Shown: positions 1 through 11,142 of the stretch, one piece after another
Numbering within the stretch: position 1 is the first letter of the stretch
Layout: the number at the start of each line of letters is the position of its first letter
DNA from: Gammaproteobacteria bacterium
GTDB taxonomy: Bacteria > Pseudomonadota > Gammaproteobacteria > Competibacterales > Competibacteraceae
Length of the DNA: 64,000 nt
Assembly: GCA_041396125.1 (NCBI GenBank)
Contig: JAWKZG010000014.1
Span: forward strand, 116,229-180,228
Reading direction: 5' to 3'
The notes under the pieces: generated by a model
Database searches by the model: none
What the model was told of the DNA's origin: nothing
What the model saw: the letters and a program-made list of their open reading frames with translations, nothing else
Position numbers and translations under genes: made by a program

Positions 1-761
1 CCGAAATTGCCAAGGTTCTGGCCACAACTCTGAATCGTCGTCTGATCCGTTTGCAATGCTATGAGGGGCTGGATATCGCCAGTGCGGTATACGAATGGAA
101 CTATGCCCGGCAAATGGTCGAGATCCGCTTGGCCGAAGCCACCGGCAAGGCCGACCGGCAACAGCTTTCCAGCTCGATTTACAGTCCTGAATTCCTGATC
201 AAAAGGCCGCTGCTGCAGGCACTGGAAACCCCCGACGAGGGGCCGCCGGTGCTGCTGATCGACGAGCTGGATCGGACCGATGAGCCGTTCGAGGCTTATC
301 TGCTGGAAGTGCTGTCGGATTATCAGGTCAGTATCCCCGAACTGGGCACTGTGGCGGCGACTGAGCCCCCGATCGTGATACTGACGTCCAATCGGACCCG
401 CGAAATTCACGATGCCCTGAAACGACGTTGCTACTACTACTGGGTCGATTATCCCAGTCTGGAACGGGAGCTGGAAATTCTCAGCATCAAAGCCCCCGAG
501 GCACCTGCCGAGCTCAGCCGTCAGGTGGTGGCGTTCGTCCACAAACTGCGGGAAATGGATTTATTCAAACTGCCTGGTGTGGCCGAAAGCATCGACTGGA
601 CCCATGCTCTTTTGCAATTGGATGCGGTACGGCTGGACGCGGAGATTATCAATAATACACTCGGCGCGCTGCTGAAGTACCAGGACGATATCGTCAAACT
701 GCAAGGCAGCGAAGCCTCTCGCCTGTTGGCGGAGATTCAGGCAGAACTGGGCAGTCAGTAA
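1..761 (+). CDS. MoxR-family AAA+ ATPase (CoxD-like), 5' end outside window (frame from nt 3)
   Basis: Translation ...IAKVLATTLNRRLIRLQCYEGLD... continues in-frame from the window edge; MoxR/CoxD C-terminal region motifs; followed by VWA CoxE-like gene as in cox/xdh accessory operons. Confidence 0.8.
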   Translation, partial: EIAKVLATTLNRRLIRLQCYEGLDIASAVYEWNYARQMVEIRLAEATGKADRQQLSSSIYSPEFLIKRPLLQALETPDEGPPVLLIDELDRTDEPFEAYLLEVLSDYQVSIPELGTVAATEPPIVILTSNRTREIHDALKRRCYYYWVDYPSLERELEILSIKAPEAPAELSRQVVAFVHKLREMDLFKLPGVAESIDWTHALLQLDAVRLDAEIINNTLGALLKYQDDIVKLQGSEASRLLAEIQAELGSQ

Positions 762-771
762 CCGCAATCCT

Positions 772-1995
772 ATGAGCGAACCATCCGGGCAGGCTGCAGG
801 CGGCGGTCAACTCGTCGCTAATCTGCTGGCATTTGCGCGCACCCTGCGAGCTGCCGGCATGCCGGTAGGGCCGGGTAAAGTGCTGGATGCCATCGACGCT
901 GTGCAGACGGTCGGAGTGGCTGATCGGGCGGATTTTTACTGGGCCCTGCATGCAGTATTGGTCAATCGGCATGATCAACGAAAAATTTTTGATCAGGTTT
1001 TTCATGTTTTCTGGCGCAATCCGCATTTACTCGATCGCCTGCTCGCTGTCGATCTGCCGACGCTGGACGATGCACAGGCCGAAGAGGCGGGCGAGCCTTT
1101 ATTACGCCGTCTGGCCGAAGCGCTGAATGAAGGGCTGGAGGCCGAGCCGAAGCGGGAGCAGCAGGAAACTGACGCTACCGCGACGTGGTCTAATCTGGCG
1201 GGACTGATGGAGAAAGATTTCGAGCAGATGTCGCGGGCCGAACTGATGCTGGCAAAAGCCATGATGCGTCGCCTGCGCCAGCATATCGACCAAATCCCGA
1301 CCCGCCGCTTTCGGGCTGCAGCTCACGGTGAGCGGGTGGATTTGCGTAATACCCTGCGCCAGGCGCTACGCAGCGGTAGCGATATTATTGCTTTACAACG
1401 CAAGTCCCGCATCAAGCGCACACCGACACTGGTGCTGTTATGCGATGTGTCCGGCTCGATGAGCCGCTATTCGAGAATGCTGCTGCATTTTGCGCACACG
1501 CTGAGCAGTCAGCGCGAGCGGGTGCATACGTTCGTATTCGGGACACAGCTCAGCAATATCACCCGCCAGTTGCGTTACCGTGACGTCGATCAGTCCCTGG
1601 ATGAAGTCGCCCGAGTGGTCAATGACTGGGAAGGCGGCACCTGCATCGGCGCTGCTCTACACACGTTCAATCGCGACTGGTCGCGGCGGGTATTGGGGCA
1701 GGGGGCGGATGTATTGTTTATCAGTGATGGGCTGGATCGCGAAGGCAGCACTGAGCTGGGCGCAGCAATGGAGCGGCTGCACAAGTCCTGCCGTCGTCTT
1801 ATCTGGCTGAATCCACTGCTGCGTTTTGATGGGTTTCAACCCCGGGCGAGTGGCATACGGGCCTTATTGCCGCATGTGGATGAGTTTCGTCCGGCCCATA
1901 ATTTGACCAGTTTGATCGACCTGGCCGAGCTATTGGCGCGGCCGGCGCGACGACATGAAGAAGGAATCAGCGAATGGCTACACATGATGCATTAA
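772..1995 (+). CDS. VWA domain-containing CoxE-like protein
   Basis: 407 aa; MIDAS-type motif LLCDVSGSMSRYS; classic partner of MoxR ATPase. Confidence 0.8.
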   Translation: MSEPSGQAAGGGQLVANLLAFARTLRAAGMPVGPGKVLDAIDAVQTVGVADRADFYWALHAVLVNRHDQRKIFDQVFHVFWRNPHLLDRLLAVDLPTLDDAQAEEAGEPLLRRLAEALNEGLEAEPKREQQETDATATWSNLAGLMEKDFEQMSRAELMLAKAMMRRLRQHIDQIPTRRFRAAAHGERVDLRNTLRQALRSGSDIIALQRKSRIKRTPTLVLLCDVSGSMSRYSRMLLHFAHTLSSQRERVHTFVFGTQLSNITRQLRYRDVDQSLDEVARVVNDWEGGTCIGAALHTFNRDWSRRVLGQGADVLFISDGLDREGSTELGAAMERLHKSCRRLIWLNPLLRFDGFQPRASGIRALLPHVDEFRPAHNLTSLIDLAELLARPARRHEEGISEWLHMMH

Positions 1996-2309
1996 GCAGC
2001 GACGAATTACTGCAGCAGGCCGCTGACTGGCGTGCTCAGGGTCGGCAGGTAGCACTGGCACGGGTGGTGCGGACCTGGGGCTCATCACCGCGACCGGTAG
2101 GCAGTATTCTGATTGTGAATGATCAACTGGATTTCCTGGGTTCAGTGTCAGGTGGCTGTATCGAAGGTGCTGTCATCGAGCAGGCAAAAAGCATTATGGA
2201 CAGCGGTCAGCCGCAACTGCTCGAGTTTGGCGTCAGCAACGAACTGGCCTGGGAAGTCGGTCTGGCCTGCGGTGGCCAGGTGCAGGTCTTCGTGGAGCCT
2301 TTGCAATGA
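1974..2309 (+). CDS. XdhC/CoxI family protein (N-terminal domain)
   Basis: 111 aa, XdhC N-terminal-like sequence; overlaps stop of upstream gene (operon). Confidence 0.65.
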   Translation: MATHDALSSDELLQQAADWRAQGRQVALARVVRTWGSSPRPVGSILIVNDQLDFLGSVSGGCIEGAVIEQAKSIMDSGQPQLLEFGVSNELAWEVGLACGGQVQVFVEPLQ

Positions 2310-3013
2310 AGCTGACGCTGGTGCAACAGATGTTGCAGGCACGGCAGGCCAAACAGCCGTTTGCTTTGCTCACCTGGCTGGATAATGGCCGGGAATGTCT
2401 GCTGCGGCTGGATGCAAGCGGGGATACGGGCGGGGTGGATCTGCCGGCTGACTTCACAGCCCAGGTCCGACAGGCCATTCTGGACGATAACAGCGGCTTG
2501 CTCGAAACCGAGAACGGGCGTGTGTTTGTGCATGTGTTTCAACCGCCCTTGCGCCTGCTGATCGTCGGTGCGGTGCATATTGCCCAGGCGCTCATTCCCG
2601 TGGCCCGTTTGCTGGGATACCAGATAACCCTGATTGATCCGCGCCAGGCCTGGGCGGCTGAGTCCCGTTTCGCCGGTGTCAGCATCAGTACACAATGGCC
2701 GGATGAAGCGCTGCTCGAACTGGCCCCGGATACCCGTACCGCTATTGTTACGCTGAGTCATGATCCGAAGCTGGATGACCCCGCCCTTAAAGTCGCGCTG
2801 GACTCTCCCGCTTTTTATATTGGCGCCCTGGGCAGCCGCCGTACCCATGCAACACGTCTGCAGCGCCTGCAGGAAAGCGGCCTTGAGCAGGCTGCACTGG
2901 CGCGCATTCACGCTCCTATCGGACTGGACATTGGCGCCAAGTCACCGGCGGAAATCGCGCTGTCTATCATGGCTGAACTGACCCAGACCCTGCGTCGGGG
3001 CGGAGCGGCATGA
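2306..3013 (+). CDS. XdhC family accessory protein (Rossmann-like C-terminal domain)
   Basis: 235 aa; LLIVGAVHIAQAL dinucleotide-binding-like motif; 4-nt overlap with neighbours. Confidence 0.7.
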   Translation: MKLTLVQQMLQARQAKQPFALLTWLDNGRECLLRLDASGDTGGVDLPADFTAQVRQAILDDNSGLLETENGRVFVHVFQPPLRLLIVGAVHIAQALIPVARLLGYQITLIDPRQAWAAESRFAGVSISTQWPDEALLELAPDTRTAIVTLSHDPKLDDPALKVALDSPAFYIGALGSRRTHATRLQRLQESGLEQAALARIHAPIGLDIGAKSPAEIALSIMAELTQTLRRGGAA

Positions 3014-4626
3014 AGTTTGGCCCTGAATCACTCAGCAGCGCGGCTGGCGGCATCCTGGCGCATAGCTTGCGGGTGGACAACAAGCGCTTTAAAAAAGGTC
3101 GTGTACTGAGCGCTGTTGATTGCGAGTTTTTGCAGCAGCAAGGCCTTGAACGTATCGTCCTTGCCCGGCTGGAGCCGGACGATATCGCTGAAGATCAGGC
3201 AGCTCATGCGCTGGCGACAGCCCTGCAGCGGGATGGCTCGATGATCGGGGCTGCTTTTACCGGGCGCGCCAATCTGTATGCGGAACAGGCCGGACTGCTG
3301 CAAATCAATACTGAAGCCGTGGACCGCCTGAATCAGGTTCACGAAGACATCACCCTCGCTACCCTGGCACCGTTCAGCACTGTCGAACCCAAACAGATGA
3401 TTGCGACAGTCAAGATCATTCCGTTCGGGGTCAACCGCAATCATCTGCAGCAATGTCTCGATATCGCCCGTGGTCTGTCCGTCATACAGGTTTTACCGTT
3501 TAGCCGGCGTCGTATCGGAGTGGTGCAGACCTTATTACCCGGTCTGCAGGACGCCCTGCTCGATAAAACTATCCGGGTATTGCGGCAGCGGCTGGCGAGT
3601 CTGGGGGCGGAACTGAGCGCAGAACTGCGCTGCAGTCATGAACAAAGCGCGCTGGCGATGGCGATCAACCAGTTGCTGGCGAATCACTGCGAATTGATCC
3701 TGGTGGTCGGTGCTTCGGCTATCGTGGATCGGCGCGATGTTATCCCGGCGGCTATCCAGCAGGCCGGGGGGCGCATCGAGCATTACGGTATGCCGGTCGA
3801 TCCGGGCAATTTATTATTACTGGGTTATCGCAATGAGGTACCTATTCTGGGTTTACCGGGCAGCGCCCGCTCGCCCCGGCAGAGCGGTTATGATCTGGTG
3901 CTGGCACGTCTGTGCGCCGGGATGACCGTCAGCGCTCGCGACATTATGCGCATGGGCGCGGGTGGTCTGTTGAAAGAGCTTCCCTCCCGCCCGCAGCCGC
4001 GTGCCGGCAAAGGCGATGCGGCGCCAGCACGGACTGCGCCGAGAATTGCCGGGTTATTGCTGGCGGCCGGCCAGTCGCGGCGCATGGGTACGGTGAACAA
4101 ACTGCTGCTGGATATCGATGGGCAGGCCATGATCCGGCGGATCGCAGCGGAAATAGGGGCAGCATCGGTTTGCGGGGTATGGGCTGTGACCGGACATGAA
4201 GCCGAGCAAGTTGCCCCGGTTCTGCAGGATCTTGGTGTTCATATTGTCACCAATACGGCTTATGCAGAAGGACTCAGCACTTCGCTGCGGGCCGGTCTGG
4301 TTGCCTTGCCGGACGATATTGACGGGGTCGTGGTCTGTCTGGGAGATATGCCAGAGATCAGCAAAGCGCTGATTAACCGGCTGATTGCCGCTTTCGATCC
4401 ACTGGAAGGCCGGGCTATCTGTGTACCGACCTGTCAGGGTAAACGCGGTAACCCAGTCTTGTGGAGCAAGCGCTTCATTCCGGAAATGCTGGAACTGGCC
4501 GGCGACAGCGGTGCCAAGCATTTACTGGGCGAGCATAGCGAACTGGTCTACGAAGTCGAAACCGAGAACCAAGCAGTTTTGCTGGATCTTGATTCGCCGG
4601 CGGAAGTTGCGGCCTATAAAGGCTGA
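3010..4626 (+). CDS. Molybdopterin-binding domain fused to MobA/MocA-like nucleotidyltransferase (molybdenum cofactor cytidylyl/guanylyltransferase-like)
   Basis: 538 aa; C-terminal LLLAAGQSRRMG...NKLLL motif of MobA-like NTP transferases; N-terminal MoeA/CinA-like MoCF-binding domain. Confidence 0.7.
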   Translation: MKFGPESLSSAAGGILAHSLRVDNKRFKKGRVLSAVDCEFLQQQGLERIVLARLEPDDIAEDQAAHALATALQRDGSMIGAAFTGRANLYAEQAGLLQINTEAVDRLNQVHEDITLATLAPFSTVEPKQMIATVKIIPFGVNRNHLQQCLDIARGLSVIQVLPFSRRRIGVVQTLLPGLQDALLDKTIRVLRQRLASLGAELSAELRCSHEQSALAMAINQLLANHCELILVVGASAIVDRRDVIPAAIQQAGGRIEHYGMPVDPGNLLLLGYRNEVPILGLPGSARSPRQSGYDLVLARLCAGMTVSARDIMRMGAGGLLKELPSRPQPRAGKGDAAPARTAPRIAGLLLAAGQSRRMGTVNKLLLDIDGQAMIRRIAAEIGAASVCGVWAVTGHEAEQVAPVLQDLGVHIVTNTAYAEGLSTSLRAGLVALPDDIDGVVVCLGDMPEISKALINRLIAAFDPLEGRAICVPTCQGKRGNPVLWSKRFIPEMLELAGDSGAKHLLGEHSELVYEVETENQAVLLDLDSPAEVAAYKG

Positions 4627-5384
4627 AGTGCCTGGTGCAGCGCGCTGAACTCCTGACTGAGTTTATGCTGCGGGTCGAGATAAATCAGCGGTCGGGCCTG
4701 TTCGTGCGATTCCCGGATTTTCACCGAGCTGGACAGACAGGGCATAAGTACCGGCAGACCTTCCTCCTGCAGCTGCTGCACTAATTGCCGGGGCAGTTTG
4801 GCGCGGGCCTGGAACTGATTGACCACAATACCCTCGATCTGCAGATCAGGATTGTGATCAGCCCGTAATTCCTCAATCTGGGCGATCAGCTTGTACAACG
4901 CCTGGCGGGAAAAATCATCGCAATCAAACGGAATCAGGCAACGCTCGGCAGCAATCAGCGCCGAGCGTGAATAAAAATTCAGCGCTGGCGGCGTATCGAT
5001 ATAAACCGCATCGAAATCACCGCTGAGTTCGTCCAGGGCTTCGCGCAATTTGTACATTTTATAGCGCGATTCCAGCTTGCTTTCCAACTCATCCATAGCG
5101 TTATTGGCGGCCAGCAGCGACAGATTGGCAAACGGCGTGGGCGTGACATAAAACGCGGGCGGATTCTGCACCAGACGAAAGGTCAGTAGTTGCTCGAAAA
5201 AATCACTAAGCGTGGTATCGAGCTGTTCCACTTGTTTACCCAGCATATAGCGGCTGCTATTGGCTTGCGGATCGAGGTCGACCAGCAAGGTTCGCAAACC
5301 CTGATGAGCGCTCACTGCCGCTAAATTACAACTGATGGTGGATTTGCCAACGCCACCTTTCTGATTGAAGACAACACGACGCAT
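4614..5384 (-). CDS. ParA/MinD-family ATPase (orphan)
   Basis: Deviant Walker A NQKGGVGKST at N-terminus; 256 aa; no parB nearby. Confidence 0.85.
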   Translation of the reverse strand: MRRVVFNQKGGVGKSTISCNLAAVSAHQGLRTLLVDLDPQANSSRYMLGKQVEQLDTTLSDFFEQLLTFRLVQNPPAFYVTPTPFANLSLLAANNAMDELESKLESRYKMYKLREALDELSGDFDAVYIDTPPALNFYSRSALIAAERCLIPFDCDDFSRQALYKLIAQIEELRADHNPDLQIEGIVVNQFQARAKLPRQLVQQLQEEGLPVLMPCLSSSVKIRESHEQARPLIYLDPQHKLSQEFSALHQALQPL

Positions 5385-5500
5385 AATGTTCTCGAACTAG
5401 GGTGCAAAGTAACAGGGGCGGACTGAGTGTCGGGGAATAAATATATATGACATGATCCGCATTAAAGCGGATTTGTCACGCGATGCCAAGCGCCTGCTCG

Positions 5501-6661
5501 CTACAAACCCAGGAAATCCATCAGTTCCTGCCGTCTGTGCTGGGTATCTTCATAGCCCAGGCTGATCAGATCGCGACAAAAATGCGCCTCGAACAATAAA
5601 TACGTTAATAATGCTGAGTTCGACTGCGCTCCGCCCCCCAGGGCTTTCAGCAAAAACCGGACGCTGCGCGGGATATGCGCGATATGACGTGGCGCGATAG
5701 TGGCGATATCCTGACTCGGCGCCAGGGTCAGCAGTCGCACCGGACGGAAAGGATGGCCGGCCGAACCATCGTTACGGCCGTACTGCAAAAGCATATTAAT
5801 CCGTTCCAGCCGTTCGGAATCCGCCGTCAGATTATCCCGAAACAGCGTGTCCAGCACATAGCCGGCAATATGTCCCAGGGTGGGGTAATCGGCGCGTGAA
5901 TCCGTTGCGGGCATCATGCTCAGAGCAGGGTTTCGCACTGTGATGACCAGCAGTTGATCCGCCCCCAGATGCAAGGCAGGGCTGAGCGGGGCGGATTCAC
6001 GCATCGAGCCGTCGCCATGATATTCACCATTTAGATACACTGCCGGAAATACCAGCGGTAAGGCAATGGACGCCATAATATGATCGATACGCAGTTCAAC
6101 CGCCCGTCCCAGGCGTCGGCTGCGGAGCCAGCCGGTTTGCTCGGGAGTGGTCTGGAAATGACAGATGGAACGCCCGGAACTGTAGCCGCTGGTCTGGATT
6201 GCCAGCGCCTTCAGCGTACCCTGATCGATGGCCTGGCTGATCCGGGTCAGGCGGACATGATTTTCCAATAATCCGCGCAATGGTTGATTATCCAACAAAG
6301 CTTCGGGCTGCTGGCTGAATAGACCGCCGCTACTCAGGGCCAGCAGCCAGCGTGAGCCGCCCAGCAGCGCAGAACGGGTATCCGAGCGATAAATTTTGCT
6401 CGGATGCAGATGGCTCCAGATGCCGACCAAGCGCTGAATACCTTCGACCGGCTGGCTGGCAAAACTGGCGAGCATGGCAGCATTGATCGCCCCGGCCGAG
6501 GTGCCGCAGATGACCGGAAACGGATTAGCGGTATCCGCCGGCAGCCATTCTGCGAGTGCCTGCAGTGCCCCGACCTGATAGGCATTACGGGCACCGCCAC
6601 CGGGCAGGATCAGTCCGGTGACAGGGCTTGGGCTGGTCAGATTGTCAGAAGGCATATTCAT
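5501..6661 (-). CDS. Patatin-like phospholipase family protein
   Basis: GGGARNAYQVG oxyanion motif and GTSAGA serine hydrolase motif. Confidence 0.85.
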   Translation of the reverse strand: MNMPSDNLTSPSPVTGLILPGGGARNAYQVGALQALAEWLPADTANPFPVICGTSAGAINAAMLASFASQPVEGIQRLVGIWSHLHPSKIYRSDTRSALLGGSRWLLALSSGGLFSQQPEALLDNQPLRGLLENHVRLTRISQAIDQGTLKALAIQTSGYSSGRSICHFQTTPEQTGWLRSRRLGRAVELRIDHIMASIALPLVFPAVYLNGEYHGDGSMRESAPLSPALHLGADQLLVITVRNPALSMMPATDSRADYPTLGHIAGYVLDTLFRDNLTADSERLERINMLLQYGRNDGSAGHPFRPVRLLTLAPSQDIATIAPRHIAHIPRSVRFLLKALGGGAQSNSALLTYLLFEAHFCRDLISLGYEDTQHRRQELMDFLGL

Positions 6662-6731
6662 ACTGGAACAATACGCAGATGTGTCCGCTGCGGATTTTAT
6701 ACTGGCAGTCGTTCAGGCGTTTTCCAGAGTT

Positions 6732-7229
6732 TTACGCGACAGGCTTCAAGCCAAGTGCGTGTCGCCACTGCTGGTTCAGTTCCTGGTAGCCAGCGGTACC
6801 ATAGGCCTGCATCCAGTCGCGAGACATCTGCAGATACAGCGGTTTATGCTGCTGCTGCCAGTGGTTCAGACTCCAGGGTTCGCTGCTCAGGGCAATCAGC
6901 TCGGTAGCGCGGAATACCAGTGCCTCGTGAGTGGCACCGTCCAGTGTCTGCACATGGTGTTTCTGCAGTACGAATTCGTCACCCTCGAAAAAGCAGATAC
7001 GGCGGCCGTCTTCCTCACTCAATCCGCTGACCAGCAAACCCTCCACGCAGCTTTCACTGTGCGGTGCCAGGGCGGGAAAGGTTTCCTGCTCGACCCGGTA
7101 GCGGGCAAATCCCGGCAGTAAAGCCGTTTGTCTGTGCAGTGCCTGCAGCGGGCTGTCGAGCACGATGTGCAGAACATCGGGATCAAGCAGGCTGCCAAAA
7201 AAACCAATGCATATCAACCTCTGGGACAT
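6732..7229 (-). CDS. Gamma-glutamylcyclotransferase-like (AIG2/GGCT fold) protein
   Basis: 165 aa; N-terminal IGFFGSL (YGTL-like) and EGDEF motif typical of GGCT-like fold; weak. Confidence 0.45.
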   Translation of the reverse strand: MSQRLICIGFFGSLLDPDVLHIVLDSPLQALHRQTALLPGFARYRVEQETFPALAPHSESCVEGLLVSGLSEEDGRRICFFEGDEFVLQKHHVQTLDGATHEALVFRATELIALSSEPWSLNHWQQQHKPLYLQMSRDWMQAYGTAGYQELNQQWRHALGLKPVA

Positions 7230-7345
7230 CTTTCTGTCTCAATAGCATGGCGAGCGAAACGCCGCATTGCAAGTTGTGATGTGATAGTGCTGTGAGAATT
7301 AACAGGCATACTTCGACACATGTTATGAGTAAGCAGGAGAAAACC

Positions 7346-7912
7346 ATGCAACGACGTATTTTTCTGGGCGGACTGGCCGCCATGACCGCGACACTGGTGC
7401 TGTCACGCGTGACTAACAGCCTGGCCGGCAGTGCTGTGAATGTCGATATTGAAGCACTGCAAAGCAACTGGCGTGATTTGCTGGCCGCCGATATCACCGT
7501 GCCCAGCCCGCAGACGCCCTTGCCGCAGCCTTTACCGGACTGGCGTGGGACATTGCCTGCCAAGGCTTATCAGGTATTATTCGAAGAGGGCACCGAACAT
7601 CCTTTCAGTAGTCCTTTGAACGAGGAAAAACGAGCCGGTGTGTTTCTGTGTGCGGCTTGTGATCTGCCTTTGTTCAGTTCCGCCATGAAATATGATAGCG
7701 GGACAGGATGGCCGAGCTTTTTTACCAGCATCCCTGACAGTCTCGCCACCAAGACCGATTTCAAATGGGTCTGGCCGCGCACCGAATACCATTGTGTGCG
7801 TTGTGGGGGACATCAAGGACATGTCTTCGATGATGGTCCGGCCCCGACCGGCCAGCGCTGGTGCAATAACGGGCTGGCTTTGCGGTTTGTGCCGGCAGAC
7901 GGTCAGGCCTGA
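7346..7912 (+). CDS. msrB: Peptide-methionine (R)-S-oxide reductase MsrB with Tat signal peptide
   Basis: RRIFLGG twin-arginine signal; CxxC...CxxC zinc site; RCGGHQGHVFDDGP catalytic motif; SD aggag upstream. Confidence 0.9.
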   Translation: MQRRIFLGGLAAMTATLVLSRVTNSLAGSAVNVDIEALQSNWRDLLAADITVPSPQTPLPQPLPDWRGTLPAKAYQVLFEEGTEHPFSSPLNEEKRAGVFLCAACDLPLFSSAMKYDSGTGWPSFFTSIPDSLATKTDFKWVWPRTEYHCVRCGGHQGHVFDDGPAPTGQRWCNNGLALRFVPADGQA

Positions 7913-7927
7913 TAGCAACTCTGCAAG

Positions 7928-8599
7928 GTGAACACAATGTCATTACATAAACTGTTTGTAACTGGACTGGTACTGCTGGCTGCTGCCTGCAGCACTGGTG
8001 TACCGGCTGATGCCCAGGCCGAAAAAACCGCTGCACTGGTGCCGGATCAGCCAGCACCGATACCGGAGCAAAAAGAGGGGCTGGCGACCGCTATTTTTGC
8101 CGGCGGCTGTTTCTGGTGCATGGAATCACCCTACGACATACTCGAAGGGGTGCTTGCCACAACATCAGGTTACACCGGTGGTCACGTTAAAAATCCGACC
8201 TATAAACAGGTGTCCTACGAAAATACCGGACATTTCGAAGCGGTCCGGATTTTGTACGATCCAGCCAAAATCAGCTATGAAACCCTGCTGGATGTTTTCT
8301 GGCGCAATATTGATCCGCTCGATGCCCGCGGTCAGTTCTGCGATAAAGGTGATTCGTATCGTTCCGCCATCTTTTATCAGAATGCGGCTGAGCAGGCATT
8401 GGCCGAACAGTCCAAACAGGCCGTCGCCAAGCGCTTTGACAAGCCGATTCAGACGGAAGTAATAGCCGCGAGTGAATTCTATGCGGCTGAGAACTATCAC
8501 CAGGATTACTACATGACCAATCCGCTGCGGTATAAATATTACCGCTATGCCTGTGGCCGCGATGCCCGTCTGGAAGAGTTATGGGGCCAGGATGGCTGA
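7928..8599 (+). CDS. msrA: Peptide-methionine (S)-S-oxide reductase MsrA, probable lipoprotein
   Basis: GGCFWC active-site motif; signal peptide with lipobox LAAAC. Confidence 0.9.
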   Translation: MNTMSLHKLFVTGLVLLAAACSTGVPADAQAEKTAALVPDQPAPIPEQKEGLATAIFAGGCFWCMESPYDILEGVLATTSGYTGGHVKNPTYKQVSYENTGHFEAVRILYDPAKISYETLLDVFWRNIDPLDARGQFCDKGDSYRSAIFYQNAAEQALAEQSKQAVAKRFDKPIQTEVIAASEFYAAENYHQDYYMTNPLRYKYYRYACGRDARLEELWGQDG

Positions 8600-8730
8600 T
8601 CGAAGAGAAGGATTGAGATGATGTCCGCGGTCCCCTGCCAGTCAGGAAACGGCTGGCGGGGAGACGCTTTAAATACTTGATCAGAATTAGCCAGGGCTCA
8701 GTTTAAGCCAAGTCCTGGCAGTTCTCGCTT

Positions 8731-10911
8731 TTAGCCTTTGGCTTTAACTTCCCGTCGCCGCTCAGTCAGCAACCATTCGGTGTAACCGTTCGGCTGTTCG
8801 CGGCCTTTAAAAACCAGATCCAGCGCCGCCTGAAAGGCAATACTGTCATCGAAAGCCGGGGCCATCGGCTGATACACCGGGTCTGCAGCGTTCTGCCGGT
8901 CGACCACTTCCGCCATCCGCTGAAAAGTTGCCATGACCTGCTCGCGGCTAACGATGCCGTGATGCAGCCAGTTGGCAATATGCTGGCTGGAAATACGCAG
9001 AGTGGCGCGGTCTTCCATCAAGCCGACATCGTTGATATCCGGCACTTTGGAACAACCCACGCCTTGATCCACCCAGCGCACCACATAGCCAAGAATACCC
9101 TGGGCATTATTGTCGAGTTCCTGCTGAATCTCGGTGTCGCTGAGGTTCCGTCCGCCCAGCAGCGGCGGGGTAAGAATATCGTCCAGCTTGGCACGATCAC
9201 GGCTGGCCAGTTCGCGCTGGCGATTGGCGACATTGACCTGATGATAATGAATCGCGTGCAGCGTTGCGGCGGTAGGCGAGGGCACCCAGGCGGTATTCGC
9301 CCCGGCCAGCGGATGATTGATTTTCGCCTCCAGCATGGCGTTCATGGCATCCGGCATCGCCCACATGCCTTTGCCGATCTGGGCTTTGCCCTGCAGACCG
9401 CAGTTCAGGCCGATATCGACGTTCCAGTCTTCGTAAGCCAGAATCCAGGGCTGGTTTTTAATATCCGGTTTGGGAATCATCGGGCCGGCTTCCATAATGG
9501 AATGGATCTCATCACCGGTACGATCCAGAAATCCGGTATTGATGAAAATCACCCGCTCCCGGGCTGCCCGAATGCATTCCTTTAAATTGACGGTGGTGCG
9601 GCGCTCTTCATCCATAATGCCGATCTTGATGGTATTGCGTGCCAGTCCCAGCGCATCTTCAACCCGGCCGAACAGTTCTACCGTGGCGGCGACTTCTTCC
9701 GGGCCATGCAGTTTGGGTTTGACGATATAGACACTGCCGCTGCGGCTGTTGCTCACCCGGTTTTTACCGAGCAGATCGTGTTTGGCCGCCAGCACGGTCA
9801 CCATCGCATCGAGAAAACCTTCCGGGATTTCAGCACCGTCCAGGGTCACCGCATCGGTATACATATGGATGCTGACATTACGCACCAACAGCACACTGCG
9901 CCCTGGCAGGGTCAGGGTTGAACCGTCCGGCGCAGTATAACTGCGATCCGGATTCAGCCGCCGTACAAGGCTCTTGCCCCCTTTGTTCAGGGTGGTTTCC
10001 AGCGTGCCCTGCATGATACCCAGCCAGTTGCCGTAAACCCGGGTTTTATCTTCGGCATCGACCGCCGAGACAGAATCTTCACAGTCCTGAATAGTGGTCA
10101 AGGCGGATTCCATAACCACATCTTTCAGACCGGCAGGATGGACTTTCCCGATAGCATCGTTCGGATCAAATAAGAGTTCGATATGCAAACCGTTATTGAC
10201 CAGCAGCAACGTTGTCAAACGACCATCGGTTTTGTGAAAGCCAGCGAATTGTTCTGCATTGGCCAGTTCGGTATTGGCCCCATTGGCCAGCTGTACCGAC
10301 AATTGTTTGCGACCGCCGGCATCGCGCAGGGAAAACGCTGTGGCCTCGCTATAAGACCCCTGCGCCAGCGGTGCCGCCTGATCCAGTATCTGGGCGGCCC
10401 GCTCGACGACTTTGGCACCGCGCACCGGGTTAAACGTGCTGGTTTTTTCCGCTCCGTCAGTGGCGGGAATAACATCGGTACCATACAGGGCGTCATACAA
10501 ACTGCCCCAGCGCGCATTGGCGGCGTTCAGGGCGTACCGGGCATTATCGACCGGTACCACCAGCTGCGGACCAGCCAGCGTGGCGATCTCGGGGTCTACG
10601 TTTTCGGTGCTGACCGTAAAATCCGGCCCTTCCGCCACCAGATAGCCGATCTCTGCCAGAAAGGCCTGGTATTCACGCTGGTCGAGCGCTTGACCTTTAT
10701 GCGCGGTATGCCAGTCATCAAGCTTTGCCTGCAGGGCATCACGGCGCTCCAGCAGAGCCCGGTTTTTCGGCCCGAGGTCACGTACAATGCCTTCCAAGGC
10801 CTGCCAAAACGCAGCAGGTTCGACGTCGGTTCCTGGCGCGATGTCGTTATTGATCAGGTCATATAAGCATTTGGCGACTTGCAAGCCACCGACGGAGACG
10901 GTTTCACTCAT
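8731..10911 (-). CDS. glcB: Malate synthase G
   Basis: 726 aa; N-terminus [12 protein letters not shown]...; size and sequence characteristic of malate synthase G. Confidence 0.9.
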   Translation of the reverse strand: MSETVSVGGLQVAKCLYDLINNDIAPGTDVEPAAFWQALEGIVRDLGPKNRALLERRDALQAKLDDWHTAHKGQALDQREYQAFLAEIGYLVAEGPDFTVSTENVDPEIATLAGPQLVVPVDNARYALNAANARWGSLYDALYGTDVIPATDGAEKTSTFNPVRGAKVVERAAQILDQAAPLAQGSYSEATAFSLRDAGGRKQLSVQLANGANTELANAEQFAGFHKTDGRLTTLLLVNNGLHIELLFDPNDAIGKVHPAGLKDVVMESALTTIQDCEDSVSAVDAEDKTRVYGNWLGIMQGTLETTLNKGGKSLVRRLNPDRSYTAPDGSTLTLPGRSVLLVRNVSIHMYTDAVTLDGAEIPEGFLDAMVTVLAAKHDLLGKNRVSNSRSGSVYIVKPKLHGPEEVAATVELFGRVEDALGLARNTIKIGIMDEERRTTVNLKECIRAARERVIFINTGFLDRTGDEIHSIMEAGPMIPKPDIKNQPWILAYEDWNVDIGLNCGLQGKAQIGKGMWAMPDAMNAMLEAKINHPLAGANTAWVPSPTAATLHAIHYHQVNVANRQRELASRDRAKLDDILTPPLLGGRNLSDTEIQQELDNNAQGILGYVVRWVDQGVGCSKVPDINDVGLMEDRATLRISSQHIANWLHHGIVSREQVMATFQRMAEVVDRQNAADPVYQPMAPAFDDSIAFQAALDLVFKGREQPNGYTEWLLTERRREVKAKG

Positions 10912-11142
10912 TAGAATCTATTCTCATACTGGAAATTACCAAGTCGGAATTGCGTTTGCCCGCGCTGGACAAAATCGCATTGTAAAAACCCGACTACAAT
11001 TTGAAAACGAGTCGCGAGACTACCGAAAACCGTATGCTTGTGCAACCGCAGCCAGCGGCTAATATAAGCGGTGCCAAGCGTACCGCACGCGAGCACTATT
11101 TTGATAAACCCTAACATTCGATAACAGGACCCTGCCATCACA

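Noticed and set aside
6080-7121. Several 60-170-aa ORFs antisense to patatin and GGCT-like genes
   Set aside because: Overlap well-supported genes on the opposite strand; GC-rich antisense artefacts.
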